IMG/VR virus record: IMGVR_UViG_3300046781_000054
Span: 28,059 to 92,058 of that record
Length of the DNA: 64,000 bases
From: a virus
Strand: one strand, 5' to 3'
Position numbers and translations under genes: made by a program
In this document: piece after piece, positions 35,568 through 45,798 of the stretch
Layout: each line of letters opens with the position of its first letter
Numbering within the stretch: the first letter of the stretch is position 1
The notes under the pieces: generated by a model
Databases searched by the model: none
What the model saw: only the letters and a program-made list of their open reading frames with translations
Told to the model about the DNA's origin: nothing

Positions 35568-38500
35568 CGGGCTCCCACTCCCCCGCGGGCCAGCCGGCGC
35601 AGCTGGTAGGCGTTGTCGGCGTCGATACGGCGGGCGGTCGCCGCGGCGTCACCGCCGGAGGTGACGTGCCAGGTCTGGTTGCCGACCATCGGCGCGTCCT
35701 GGCGGATGATGACGACCCGACCGGCGGAGGCGTCGGTGAGGCCGACACCGAACCGGGAGGCGACGTCGGACAGGACGGGCAGGGCGCTGCGGCGCTTGTT
35801 CTGGCCGAGCGGGATGAACGCTTCCCCGCCGGTGGAGGGCTCGGCGAAGGTGACGGCGCCGCCCGCAGTGGAGTAGATCCCAGAACGGATGCCGCCGTTG
35901 GCGTACGCCAAGCCCTTGTTGGCCTTGACGAGGTCGGCGAGGAAGCGGGTCGAGCGACCGCCGAGGGATGCCTTGATCTCCTTGCTGGCCTTGTTGGCGA
36001 CGGCGATGATCTCGTCCTCGCCGAGCCCGGTGGTGCCCGCGACCGCGTGGATGCCAGTCTTCGACGTGGTGATCGCGGCGATGATGGCGACGAGTTCTTC
36101 GACCTGGTCGCCGGTGAGCGCATTGTTCGCGGTCTTCGCCGCGCTGTTGGCGCTCGAGGCTTTCTTGTTGTCCTTCACCGCGGCGGCGGCCAGTTGCTGG
36201 GCGGCTTCGTCGTTCTGCGCGGCCAACTGCTTGGCGAGGTCGCCGTAGCCGCGGGAGGCGAGCGTGGCGAGGTTGTCGGAGAACGTCTTGTTCAGCTTGT
36301 TCGCGGCACCCAACTGCCGCGTGTAGTCGGTGAGGGACGCCTTTGCGGTCGTCTGCAGGTCCCGCAGGGCCTTGGCCATGTCGTTGACGTACTTGGTGCT
36401 GCCCGTGGCCATCTTGTGGGCGAGCTTCTCGCCCTCCTTGCCCATCGAGGCGAGGGCTTCGGCGACGTCCCCGCCGACCCGGTCGGCGACCATTTCCAGG
36501 TCCTTGTTCCAGGCGGTCGTCGCCTTCGCCGCAGACTTGATCTTCTTCTCGACTGCGGTCACATCGAAGTACTCGACTTCCTTCGTGGTGACCTTGCCGT
36601 TCTTCCCCTTGACCTTGACCTTCTTGGTCTTGTTCCCGGCCGCTCCGGCGTCGGAGGCGGAGTACAGGGAGCCGGTCTGCGGGTCGTAGCGCCAGTCGGT
36701 GACGTCGCCGTCGGCGTTCCACTGAATGTCCTTGGGGTCGCCGCCCAGGCGCCGCACGATCTCCTCGGTGATGGCGCGGGAGCGGGGCCGCTTCGAGAGC
36801 GCGAAGGGGACGTAGCCCTCGCCCTGGGTCTCCGGCTCGCCCCACACCCGCCACGATCCGGCGGGAGCAATCTGCGCGATGTGGTTCTCGGCGCCGCCCG
36901 CGAAAGGCTGGACGCCGCCGCGCTGCCGCGTCGTGCCGGATCGAAGGCCGCCGTCGGCGTAGTAGTCGGCGATTCCTCCCTTCGCGTAGGGAAGCTGCCG
37001 CACCCCGGAGCCGGGCTTGCCCACACTCTTGTAGGTGTAGACGGTGGAGATGTTGACCGACCGGTCGCGGAGGCTGTTGATGGCGCCGCGCAGGCCGTCC
37101 ACGCCGGCCCGCTGGGAGCCGGTCGGCACGGAGATGATGACGCTCTTGCCCTTGGTATTGCGGATCTTGAAGCCGAGGTCTTCAAGGCTCTTGCGCGCCG
37201 TGCCGGTCAGGGCGCCCATGGTGATGGTCCTGCCCTTGGTGGTGGCGACCTTCTTCTTGACCTCTTCGAGCTGGCTGATGGCCGACTTCGTCTCGGCGCT
37301 GACCTTGACGTTCTTGCCCTTGACGTTGCTCATCTGGGAGATGAGGCTGTCGAGTTTGCCGCGGGCGTCCTTCGTGGACGCGGTGACCTTGTACTCGCGA
37401 GTGCCGGGAATCAGCTTGATCTTGTAGCCGAGGTCTTCGAGCTTCTTCTTCGCGTCCCCGCTGAGTGCGTCGACCTTGATGGTCGTCTTGTCGGGGTACT
37501 GCTCCAGCTCGGCCTGCACGGCCAGGAGCTCGGCGAGGGTGGAGTCGACGCCCTTGGTCTGCAGGAGGATCGACACCTGGCCTGGTATCAGGCCGAGCGA
37601 GTCGGCAACCTTGGCTGCGTCCTTGGCGCTGATGTCGTACTTGCCCGCCAGATCGATGACCGCGTCACGCGACTTCTGCATTTCGGCTCGCGCGGCGGCT
37701 AGGGAAGTAGGCAGATCCTTGCCCTGCGATTGCGCGAAGTCGTAGGCGGCGATGGCCGCGTTGGATGCGCCGTCGGCGATGGTGTTGAACGTGTTGAAGA
37801 GGGCCTGGCCGTTTTTCGTGCTGGTGTCCAACTGGCCGTTTGCCTTGACCAAAGCGTTCCCGAATCCATCGGTCTTGGCGATGCCGTCCTTGATGGACTC
37901 GTTGGCGTTGGTGATGGCCTCGTTCACGCGGGCCTGCGCGGCCTGCAGGCTGACGGAGCCGCCGGACAGCAGGTCGAGGGCGTCGCGCAGGGCGCGGGTG
38001 CGGGAGTCGGCGTCGGCAGTTTTGTCGGCGAGGGCAGAGACCGCGTCCTTGAGGCGGCCGTAGGCGGTCGCACCGTCACCGGTGCCCTTGGTCGCGGCGT
38101 CGAGTTCCTTAGCGTTCTTCGCCGCGGTCTTCGCATCCCCCGACATGCCCTGCAACGCTTTCGCGGCCTGCTGGTAGGCCATGGCGCGGGCAGCTACGGC
38201 GTCACGGTCTTTGTCCCCGCGGCCCATGCCCTCGAACTGGCTCTGCTGCTCCTTGGCGAGGCCCTGGAGTTTCTTGACGAGGCCGTCGATGCCCTGGCCC
38301 TGGCCGAGGTAGGCGTCGGTGACGTCCGAAAGGCTGTAGCCGACGCCGCCCATGACGTCCATGAGCTTGCCGTTGACGCTCGACAGCTTCGTCGCGGAGA
38401 TCGTCTGTGCGGCCTGCTGGCGTACCGACTCGTCGATGACCCCGTTGGACTGGCGCAGCGCGGTGGTGAGACCGTCGATGTTGGCCTTGTGCTCAGCAGC

Positions 38501-40834
38501 CTTCTGTGCGGCGGCCTGCTGTGAGGAGGCCAGCAGGCCAAGGCCGACGGTCGCACCGGCCAGGGCGACGCCCCAGGGGCCGCCGAGCGCGCCCACGAGG
38601 CCGGAGCCGAGGGAGCGGGTGGCCGATCCGGCGGCCGCACCGATCCCGCGCAGCGTTCCCGCGAAGCCGGTTGCGCCAGTCTGCGCGGTACGGAACGCAT
38701 CCCCCATGCGCGCGATCGCCGGGACGCGCGCCTGGAGTACGGCGAATGCGGCACCGTAGCGGGTCAGGGACTGGCCGGCGGAGGCGGCCAGCGACCGCTG
38801 GACCGCCATCTGGTCGCCGAGGGAGCGGAACGCGCCGGTGACGCGGCCGGACACGGTGGTCGCCAGGTTGCTCATCGGGCCCTGGATGCGGCGGATAAGG
38901 AGCGCGGCGAGGACGAACTGCTGCATCGGGCCGGGAAGCGCACCGAATGCGGAGACGAGGCCGCCGACGACGTGTCCGATGGGGCCGAGGACGCCGGACA
39001 GGATGCTGACGGCGCTGGTGGCCAGGTCGAGGGCCGTGACGACCAGGTCGAGGCTGGAGGCGACGCCGGATCCTCCGCTGGTGAGGTCACCGAGTGCGTC
39101 GACGACGGGTTCGACGCCGTCGGCGAGGTTTCCCAGGACGTCGATGGCCATCTGCCCGGTGGACAGCAGCAGGTGCAGGAACGCGGCGAGCGCGTCACCG
39201 CCGAGGTCTTTGAACCCGGAGGCCATGTCGGAGACGGCGTCACGGATTCCGCCGAACTCCTCGCGGGCTGCTGCGGCCAGGTCGGGGCCGAACAGCGTGG
39301 CGGCGTCGTTGAAGTACTTGAAGAAGTGTTCGATCTTTGGTGTGGCGGAGGCGAGCCCGGAGGTGATGCCGCGGGTGACGTACTCGATGCTGGGCGCCAT
39401 CCCCTGGTAGATCGTCAGGCCGGTCTGCTTGGCCTGGGTCTTGAGTTGCAGGTAGGCGCCGGCGAGGCCCTTGCCCTTTGCGGCGGCGATCTCCGAGGCG
39501 GCGCCGGTTTGAGAGACGGCGCCCATGAGCGCATCGAAGGAGTCGACACCCTGGTGGGCGAGCGCGATCGCACCGGCCATCGCGGGCTTGCCCATGCTCT
39601 TCTTCACCGCGGCGGCGAAGTCTTGCTGTGTCATGTGGTGCTGGGCCTTGGACAGGCCGTCGATGACGTAGCGGAGGCCCTTGAAGTTGCCCTGCGCGTC
39701 GAACGCCTCGATGTTCATGGCCTTGAGGCCTTCGACCATCTGCGGGGTCGGCGAGGCAAGGTTGGCGAGCATGCCGCGCAGCGTCGTACCGGCGGTCTGG
39801 CCGAGGATGCCGGCCTTGCCGAGCATGCCGACCGCGGCCGCCGCCTCCTGCATGTTGACGCCCATGCCGTGCGCGACCGGACCGGCGTACTTCATCGCGT
39901 AGTAGATGTCGATGATGTCGCCGGAGGCGGCGTTCGCGGTCGCGGCGAGGGTGTCGGCCGCGGTGGTCGCCTGGTCGGCGCCCATGCCGAACTGGTCCAT
40001 CATGTCGCCCAGATATTTGGCGCTGTCGGCGGCGTTGACCTGGGCGGCGGAGGCGAGGGTGAGGGACGCGCCGGTCGCGGAGATCGCCTGGTCGGTGCGG
40101 AAGCCTGCCTTCGCCAGTTCGACCATGGCCTCGGCCGCGTCCGCCGCGGTCGCCCCGGGGAGCTTGAGGTCGTTGCCGAGCTGGTTCGCGGTCGCGCCGG
40201 CGCGCAGCATCTGCATCTGGGTGGCGCCGGTCGTCGCCCCGAACGCGTTCATGGCCTGCTGGTACTCGCCGCCCAGCTTCATGACCTCGGCGCCGCCGAT
40301 GGCGAACGCCCCGCCTGTCAGCAGGGTGGCCAGCCCGGCGAGCTGTCGGCGGGCGTTGGAGGACTCGCCGGCGAAGCGCCGCAGTCCGCGGACCCCGTCG
40401 GGGCCGAGGCTGTTCATGCGGGTGCCTGCGCGCTGTGCTGCGGCGGCCAGGCGGAGCAGGTCGCGGACGGCGGTGTCGATCTGCCCGGACATGCGGGCCA
40501 GCTGGCGGCCGGTGGTGCGGGAGTTGTCGCCGAGACTGTTGACGTGCCGGTTCGCGGTGCGGGCGGCGTCGCCGTAGCGGCCGAGCTGGCGGGCGGCGGT
40601 GCGGGCACCGGAGCCGAGGGTGTCCAGGCGGCGGCCGGTGGTGCGCGCTTCGCGTCCGAGTGTGCGGATGTGGCGGGAGGCGGTGTTAGCGGCATTGCCG
40701 AGCTCGCGGACTTCGGTCTTGGCGGTGCGGGCCGCGCTGCCGAGCGTGCGAGCGTGCTTCGCGGAGGCTTTGAGGGCTTGGGCGAGGTCATTGCCGTGCC
40801 CGCGAATGTCGACACTGAGGTTCCAGTTCGCCAC
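35564..40834 (-). CDS. Tape measure protein (1756 aa)
   Basis: TP901-family core (AGTTLRGMLANL), YAxGG and WGEPETQGEGYVP motifs. Confidence 0.95.
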   Translation of the reverse strand: MANWNLSVDIRGHGNDLAQALKASAKHARTLGSAARTAKTEVRELGNAANTASRHIRTLGREARTTGRRLDTLGSGARTAARQLGRYGDAARTANRHVNSLGDNSRTTGRQLARMSGQIDTAVRDLLRLAAAAQRAGTRMNSLGPDGVRGLRRFAGESSNARRQLAGLATLLTGGAFAIGGAEVMKLGGEYQQAMNAFGATTGATQMQMLRAGATANQLGNDLKLPGATAADAAEAMVELAKAGFRTDQAISATGASLTLASAAQVNAADSAKYLGDMMDQFGMGADQATTAADTLAATANAASGDIIDIYYAMKYAGPVAHGMGVNMQEAAAAVGMLGKAGILGQTAGTTLRGMLANLASPTPQMVEGLKAMNIEAFDAQGNFKGLRYVIDGLSKAQHHMTQQDFAAAVKKSMGKPAMAGAIALAHQGVDSFDALMGAVSQTGAASEIAAAKGKGLAGAYLQLKTQAKQTGLTIYQGMAPSIEYVTRGITSGLASATPKIEHFFKYFNDAATLFGPDLAAAAREEFGGIRDAVSDMASGFKDLGGDALAAFLHLLLSTGQMAIDVLGNLADGVEPVVDALGDLTSGGSGVASSLDLVVTALDLATSAVSILSGVLGPIGHVVGGLVSAFGALPGPMQQFVLAALLIRRIQGPMSNLATTVSGRVTGAFRSLGDQMAVQRSLAASAGQSLTRYGAAFAVLQARVPAIARMGDAFRTAQTGATGFAGTLRGIGAAAGSATRSLGSGLVGALGGPWGVALAGATVGLGLLASSQQAAAQKAAEHKANIDGLTTALRQSNGVIDESVRQQAAQTISATKLSSVNGKLMDVMGGVGYSLSDVTDAYLGQGQGIDGLVKKLQGLAKEQQSQFEGMGRGDKDRDAVAARAMAYQQAAKALQGMSGDAKTAAKNAKELDAATKGTGDGATAYGRLKDAVSALADKTADADSRTRALRDALDLLSGGSVSLQAAQARVNEAITNANESIKDGIAKTDGFGNALVKANGQLDTSTKNGQALFNTFNTIADGASNAAIAAYDFAQSQGKDLPTSLAAARAEMQKSRDAVIDLAGKYDISAKDAAKVADSLGLIPGQVSILLQTKGVDSTLAELLAVQAELEQYPDKTTIKVDALSGDAKKKLEDLGYKIKLIPGTREYKVTASTKDARGKLDSLISQMSNVKGKNVKVSAETKSAISQLEEVKKKVATTKGRTITMGALTGTARKSLEDLGFKIRNTKGKSVIISVPTGSQRAGVDGLRGAINSLRDRSVNISTVYTYKSVGKPGSGVRQLPYAKGGIADYYADGGLRSGTTRQRGGVQPFAGGAENHIAQIAPAGSWRVWGEPETQGEGYVPFALSKRPRSRAITEEIVRRLGGDPKDIQWNADGDVTDWRYDPQTGSLYSASDAGAAGNKTKKVKVKGKNGKVTTKEVEYFDVTAVEKKIKSAAKATTAWNKDLEMVADRVGGDVAEALASMGKEGEKLAHKMATGSTKYVNDMAKALRDLQTTAKASLTDYTRQLGAANKLNKTFSDNLATLASRGYGDLAKQLAAQNDEAAQQLAAAAVKDNKKASSANSAAKTANNALTGDQVEELVAIIAAITTSKTGIHAVAGTTGLGEDEIIAVANKASKEIKASLGGRSTRFLADLVKANKGLAYANGGIRSGIYSTAGGAVTFAEPSTGGEAFIPLGQNKRRSALPVLSDVASRFGVGLTDASAGRVVIIRQDAPMVGNQTWHVTSGGDAAATARRIDADNAYQLRRLARGGVGAR

Positions 40835-40862
40835 GTCCCGCCCTTCCCTTCGTGTCGTTCGT

Positions 40863-41249
40863 CTACGGAGTGCTGGTGCCGAGGTCCTGCATGACCTCCC
40901 GTGCCGCGATCACAGACGGCGGCAGCAGAAGGACTTTCATGCCGGCGCCGGCAGGGCCTTCGGGGATCTCCTTCTGCTTGAGGGCGATCTCCTCGCAGCC
41001 CATGCACTTGTGGCTGACGGCGATGTACGCGTCGACGTACTCGCCGTTGTCGTCCGCCCACTCGGACTCGCGGGTGCCGCACTGCGGGCACACGCCGCGC
41101 ATGTAGTCGGCGTAGGCGAGCGCCTTGTCGCGGTCGAGTGGGGTCCAGCGGCCGTCACCGACGCCCCGGAACCAGCTGTGCGGGATGCGGTACTCGCGGC
41201 ACAGGTCGAGTTCGCGGCGTAGTCGGGCATCGGTGGTCAGCCTTTTCCC
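40863..41249 (-). CDS. Tail assembly chaperone, -1 frameshift extension (gpT-like)
   Basis: Entered via GGGAAAA at 41243-41249, reading GKRLTTDAR...; no RBS of its own. Confidence 0.8.
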   Translation of the reverse strand, partial: GKRLTTDARLRRELDLCREYRIPHSWFRGVGDGRWTPLDRDKALAYADYMRGVCPQCGTRESEWADDNGEYVDAYIAVSHKCMGCEEIALKQKEIPEGPAGAGMKVLLLPPSVIAAREVMQDLGTSTP

Positions 41250-41794
41250 AGGTCCATGCGGACGTTGGTCTGCACGCTGAACGCGGTGTTGAACAGGGCG
41301 GACGCTTCGCCCTCGGCCCACTCCGACAGGTACGTCTTGGCGTCGTCGACGGTGATGCCGTCCAGGGAGGACTGGGCCACGAGTTCGGGGCCGAGGGCTT
41401 CGACGTTGAAGGCGTAGCCCTCGTCGGCCTGTTCCTCGGTCGGGGGGTGGCGGCGCTGGAGGTCTTCGAAGTCGGCGCGGCGCAGCGCCTGGAAGGTGAG
41501 GCGGATCGCGATGTCATCGAAGGCGGCCTGCGCCGTCTCGAGGTCGCTCTTCGCCGTGTCGAGGTCGGCGGTCAGGGCCTGGCTGCCGGGGTCGGTCTTG
41601 AGGTCGCTCTCCACTCGCCGCACAACAAAGCGGGCCTCGTCGAGGGCCTTCTTGACATCCGGGTCGTCGCAGATCGTCAGGACGGACGTGGGCCGGTTGC
41701 GGTTGCGGAGCTTCTCGCGGGTCGCCGTCCAGTGCGCGTCGGCGGCCACGGCGTCGGCGGGCGGCTCAGGAGTCGTCGTCTGCTTGCTGGTCAT
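41237..41794 (-). CDS. Tail assembly chaperone (gpG-like)
   Basis: Between major tail and tape measure; ends CTG GGA AAA GGC TGA. Confidence 0.85.
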   Translation of the reverse strand: MTSKQTTTPEPPADAVAADAHWTATREKLRNRNRPTSVLTICDDPDVKKALDEARFVVRRVESDLKTDPGSQALTADLDTAKSDLETAQAAFDDIAIRLTFQALRRADFEDLQRRHPPTEEQADEGYAFNVEALGPELVAQSSLDGITVDDAKTYLSEWAEGEASALFNTAFSVQTNVRMDLGKG

Positions 41795-41906
41795 CGGTGG
41801 GGTCCTCCGTCAGGGGAAGGGACCCGGCCGGGCGCCGCACGGCGCCCCTTCCCGAACGCTGTCGGGCCCGGCCGGGAGCTGGGAGAAAGGGGTGAGCGGG
41901 GGTGGG

Positions 41907-42713
41907 TCAGCCGCCGGGCGTGGTCGTGGTGACCGCGACGGCGGGGCTGGTACCGCCGGTGAACGTTCCGGTGGCGGTCATCTGCGGGACGTTCGCACCG
42001 TCGTAGGCGCCGCCGAACGTGACCGTGACCGGCGTGCCGGGCAGCGGGCCGCCCGCGCAGGTGACATCGCCCGGCGCGACGTTCGACAGGGCCTCCAGCG
42101 CCGTCTGAACCGCGGACGCGGTCGCGTTGTACGCGATCGCGCTGGTGGTCTGGCTGTTGAACGTCAGCGTGAACGTGCCACCGGTCGGCGTGCCCGTGAT
42201 GGTGACGGTCTGGACCTCGTCGGTGCCAGCAACCGGGACCGGGGCGCCCTGCAACGGCCGCTCCGTGATGGAGCAGGTCGCCATGAATTTGGCAGCCTCG
42301 TTGTCCGCCGTGTACTGCGGGGACTGCGTCGCGACACGGATCGGGAAGACGTCCATGCTGTTGTTGCCGGGGATGTCGCCCTTGCGGAGGATGACGACGT
42401 AGGCGTTGGTGCCCTTGGCGAACATCTCCTCGAGGTCGGCGTCCTCCTCGTCCTCGTAGAACGTGAACGACGACTGGTCGGCCTTGTCGCTGCCGGGGAT
42501 CGTCGAGTCGTAGGTGTCCGCCATGTCCGGCGTCTCGATCTCGTTGTTCGTGACGGTCCAGCCGTCCATCGCCGCGATGTACGCGGAGAACTCGGTGCCC
42601 GCGGACAGTTCACCGCGGGTGGGCAGCAGCGTGTCGGAGGCGATCGCTGGCACGAAGTAGAACCGCGATGTGCCGCGGCGCATGTACTTCTTCGGCTTGC
42701 TGAGAAGCGGCAT
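41907..42713 (-). CDS. Major tail (tube) protein with C-terminal accessory domain
   Basis: Position and tube-like N-domain; EVQTVT...GGTFTLTF domain. Confidence 0.85.
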   Translation of the reverse strand: MPLLSKPKKYMRRGTSRFYFVPAIASDTLLPTRGELSAGTEFSAYIAAMDGWTVTNNEIETPDMADTYDSTIPGSDKADQSSFTFYEDEEDADLEEMFAKGTNAYVVILRKGDIPGNNSMDVFPIRVATQSPQYTADNEAAKFMATCSITERPLQGAPVPVAGTDEVQTVTITGTPTGGTFTLTFNSQTTSAIAYNATASAVQTALEALSNVAPGDVTCAGGPLPGTPVTVTFGGAYDGANVPQMTATGTFTGGTSPAVAVTTTTPGG

Positions 42714-42850
42714 TTCTGGGCCCCTTGGTCCCGGGGCCTTCGAGGTCTATGGGACCCGGCCCCTACACGTGTGGTGTGTGGGTGGCGGCCACCGAAGTGG
42801 TGGCGTCCGCGTGGGGTCCCGCCGCGGTGCGGTGATGCCTGACCCGTGGG

Positions 42851-43300
42851 TCAGGCGGATTGCAGGTCGAATGCGAACCTGCTGGCACTGGACATGATTC
42901 CATCTGGTGCGTCTGGTGTTCCCCCTGCTTCGATGTCCGGGCGGCGGGCGAGGATCCGGCCGCCGGGGACCGTGAGCGGGTGCAGCCACTGCCGGGTAAC
43001 CGGGTCGCGGCCGAGGAAGACTTCGCGGGCCGTGTCGGCGAGCCACTCCATCTGGTCCTGCGTTCCGTAGGAGTCCGGGTCGGACAGGTCCCGGCCGGAC
43101 ACGGAGCGGACCTGGTAGATGAGGGTGGCGTCCTCGTTGAGGTCGCTGTAGTAGGCGCCGGACGTCTGCCGGTCGATGTAGTCGAGGATGTAGTAGTGGC
43201 TCGGGCTGCCCTCGGGCATGGCGCCGCGGCCGACTGGTTTCCCGGATGCGGTCTCCAGCAGGGTGGCGAGCGCGTTGGTGACTTCCCGTGTGCTGATCAC
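42851..43300 (-). CDS. Tail terminator / head-tail completion protein
   Basis: GTGA coupling, position before major tail. Confidence 0.7.
   Translation of the reverse strand: MISTREVTNALATLLETASGKPVGRGAMPEGSPSHYYILDYIDRQTSGAYYSDLNEDATLIYQVRSVSGRDLSDPDSYGTQDQMEWLADTAREVFLGRDPVTRQWLHPLTVPGGRILARRPDIEAGGTPDAPDGIMSSASRFAFDLQSA
42894..42925 (-). promoter_or_regulatory. Element-specific promoter GGGGGAACA-N17-AATCAT upstream of major tail gene
   Basis: 8-copy motif family; embedded in the 3' end of the preceding CDS. Confidence 0.6.
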
Positions 43301-43683
43301 CGCAGGATCTCCGTGAGCGCGAGCCGCATCTGGCTCATCAGCGTGTTCTCGATGAAGCCGAGAGCGGGCTGGACGTGCGGGAACGGCGGCTGGTTGTAAT
43401 TGCGGCCGATGCTGTCCGTGCCCACGAAACCGAACTCCAGGCGCCGCCCGTACGGGAGGTCGGTGCCGAGGGTGCAGATCGCCCCGTGCGGGATGCGGCG
43501 GGTCTGCGTCTGCCAGGAGTTGCGGTAGGCGCCGGTGATGACGTTCGGACCAGGCCGGCCGGAGGCGTTGCCGCGGATGCGGGCCTGGCCGAGCGTTCCG
43601 GTGTGGGCGACTCCGCGTTCGATGGCGGGCCCGATCCGGGTGGCGGCGTGCTCGAGGCGGTCGGCGAGTTCCTCCGGTGTCAC
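43297..43683 (-). CDS. HK97 gp10-like neck protein
   Basis: TGAYRNSW...YGRRLEFG...QPPFPHVQPA. Confidence 0.85.
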   Translation of the reverse strand: MTPEELADRLEHAATRIGPAIERGVAHTGTLGQARIRGNASGRPGPNVITGAYRNSWQTQTRRIPHGAICTLGTDLPYGRRLEFGFVGTDSIGRNYNQPPFPHVQPALGFIENTLMSQMRLALTEILR

Positions 43684-44129
43684 GGCGTCCCCTCCTCTGC
43701 CTGGTTCTGGTCGAGGGGCGTGATCCGTACGACTTCGGTGGTGGCGGCCCGGCCGGGGTCCTGCACGATCCAGGACCGGCCGAGGAGTGCAGTGTTCGTC
43801 GGGTTGTGGACTTCGAGGACGGTGACGACGGCATCTTTCGGGGCGACGGGCGCCTCGAGCGGCGTCAGCAACCGGTAGCGGGACTTGGTCTCCTGCGTCC
43901 ACGGCTGTAGCACGTTCGGGGTCGCGGAGATCTCCGACTGTGCGGTGCCGCCCTGCACTGCTCCGGGGCCCTCGTAGAGGATGTCGGAGTCGGGTCGGGT
44001 GAGGTTGCCGGTGCCCGGGTCGAGGGTCGGGCGGCCGGTGGCGCGGAGTTCGATGCGGACGGTGTCGACGAGGAGATTCGTGCCGATCCACTGTGTGACT
44101 CCGGCGAGGGCGCCGTCGAGCCCGGTCAT
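43680..44129 (-). CDS. Head-to-tail stopper (DUF6093-like)
   Basis: DTVRIE...DPGTG...LYEGPGAVQ; ATG 44129. Confidence 0.75.
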   Translation of the reverse strand: MTGLDGALAGVTQWIGTNLLVDTVRIELRATGRPTLDPGTGNLTRPDSDILYEGPGAVQGGTAQSEISATPNVLQPWTQETKSRYRLLTPLEAPVAPKDAVVTVLEVHNPTNTALLGRSWIVQDPGRAATTEVVRITPLDQNQAEEGTP

Positions 44130-44512
44130 CGGATGTCCCCTCCCCTGGCCCACTCGGACAGTTGCCGCAGGATCGCCGCGGTCACCTCGTGCTTGCCGCC
44201 GTCCAGGTCGGGCCGGTCGAGGGCGGCGCGCTCGAGGGCGGCGGGGTCGATCCCTGCGAGGAAGTTGGCCATCGTCTCGCCGGGCGGCTCGGTGGTGGCG
44301 ACGGCGACGCGCGCGAGGCCTTCCCACACCACCGTGTCCTGTTCCCGGGTGTGGAGGATCAGGGAGGGCAGGCCGTCGCGGATGTTGTGCTCGAGCTGGT
44401 AGGCGATGACGTGCTCTTCGATGTGTTGGCCGTCGATCGCGATGCGGGCGCCGAAGGGCTGCGCCTCGATACGGACGCCGTGCGCCTGAGGTGTAGTGGG
44501 TTGCTCGGTCAC
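44126..44512 (-). CDS. Hypothetical protein
   Basis: Coupled starts and stops. Confidence 0.7.
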   Translation of the reverse strand: MTEQPTTPQAHGVRIEAQPFGARIAIDGQHIEEHVIAYQLEHNIRDGLPSLILHTREQDTVVWEGLARVAVATTEPPGETMANFLAGIDPAALERAALDRPDLDGGKHEVTAAILRQLSEWARGGDIR

Positions 44513-44781
44513 CGCTCCTCCTGGCTGATCTCCGCACGCATGCGGGTGAGCTGGAAGTCGAGGAGCCCCATGATTCGGTGGTGGGGCGTCTGGCCTCCCC
44601 CGTCAGGGAGGAGCATGAGGACCTGGGTGATTCCGTCGCCGTCCCCGTCGTAGCGCTGGACGGTGGCGAGGACAGCCCACTCTGTCAGGACGCCGTCAGA
44701 GCCTTCGAGTCTGCCGACCTCTTTGATCGCCTCTTCGAGGCGCGCATAGGCAGCCTTCTCTTCAGAGCTTTGGTCAGCCAT
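44509..44781 (-). CDS. Hypothetical protein
   Basis: GGAGG RBS, ATG 44781. Confidence 0.7.
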   Translation of the reverse strand: MADQSSEEKAAYARLEEAIKEVGRLEGSDGVLTEWAVLATVQRYDGDGDGITQVLMLLPDGGGQTPHHRIMGLLDFQLTRMRAEISQEER

Positions 44782-44953
44782 GTCGGTCCTCCTCAGCAAG
44801 TTCACGACCGTCCAGGGAGTTGTGGACACAGATCCAGTTGATGGACCCGTCCTCTGCCTTCTCGGGCCGTTCTTGGGGACCGCAGACGCACTCGGTGCCG
44901 ACCGCTTCGTGTTCGATCAGGTCGTTGATCGGTGTGACGTGCAGGGTCGTCAT
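44774..44953 (-). CDS. Small His/Cys protein (HVTPINDLIEH...CVCGP...VHNSLDGRE)
   Basis: ATGA coupling; motif typical of actinophage small proteins. Confidence 0.65.
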   Translation of the reverse strand: MTTLHVTPINDLIEHEAVGTECVCGPQERPEKAEDGSINWICVHNSLDGRELAEEDRHG

Positions 44954-45798
44954 ACCGAGTCTCCTGAGGCGAGGTTGGGGCGGTCGTTCAGGTCGGGGCG
45001 CGGTACCCACTGCCGTACGCAGCCGTGGTGGGCGGTGGGGAAGGCGGCCGCCTCCTCGGCCGAGCGGATGGTGCCGTCCGCGTGGTCGGTGTCCGCGTGA
45101 TTCGTGAATCCACACTCGGGCCCGTCGATGCACTCGAACCACAGCGCATCCAGCTCAAGACGGCCGGTGTTGATCGCGGCGGTGTTCGCGGTGACGACGC
45201 CCTGCCACGAGAGGGCCGACTTCGCCCACGCGTCGACGGGGTGTCGGGCTTGGTTGGAGTAGATGACCGTGCCGAGCGGGTGGTCGGCGATCAGGCGGGC
45301 CGAGTCGATGTGGTCCTCGGTGTAGTTGACGGTGATCTCGCGGGCCGCTGCCTGTGCCGCGCGCGCGAACGCCTGGGCGCGGCGGACGGCTTCCTGGATG
45401 CGCTGCATGAGGTCGCTGTAGAACGTGGCGGTGATGCCGGTGACGGCGGCCTGGTGGTCGGCGGTCCAGGTGAACAGGGCGGCGGCGCGGTGGGCGCGCT
45501 CGAGGGCGCGGATCGCGCCGTCGCGGTAGGCGATCGGCAGGTCGGTGGCCGCCCACCGTTCAGCGAACGCGCGGGCCTGCCGGTCGAACTCGGCGACCTG
45601 CCCGTTGAAAGCGACCGTGGCGGTGCGGATACGCTGCGTGGCGCCGGGCCCGCGGTGGATGCGTTCCAGGGCGCGCACGAGGGTGTCCTGCGCGGTGCTG
45701 AGCCGTCCCCAGGTGCGGGTGAGCTGGTAGACGCCGGTGGCGATGAGCGCGAGGAGTTCTTCACGTCCGTCGACGGTCCGCTGCACGGGGGTGCTCAT
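44950..45798 (-). CDS. Minor capsid / MuF-like head morphogenesis protein
   Basis: C-terminal DGPEC...HHGCVR (HPxCxR-like) motif. Confidence 0.65.
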   Translation of the reverse strand: MSTPVQRTVDGREELLALIATGVYQLTRTWGRLSTAQDTLVRALERIHRGPGATQRIRTATVAFNGQVAEFDRQARAFAERWAATDLPIAYRDGAIRALERAHRAAALFTWTADHQAAVTGITATFYSDLMQRIQEAVRRAQAFARAAQAAAREITVNYTEDHIDSARLIADHPLGTVIYSNQARHPVDAWAKSALSWQGVVTANTAAINTGRLELDALWFECIDGPECGFTNHADTDHADGTIRSAEEAAAFPTAHHGCVRQWVPRPDLNDRPNLASGDSV

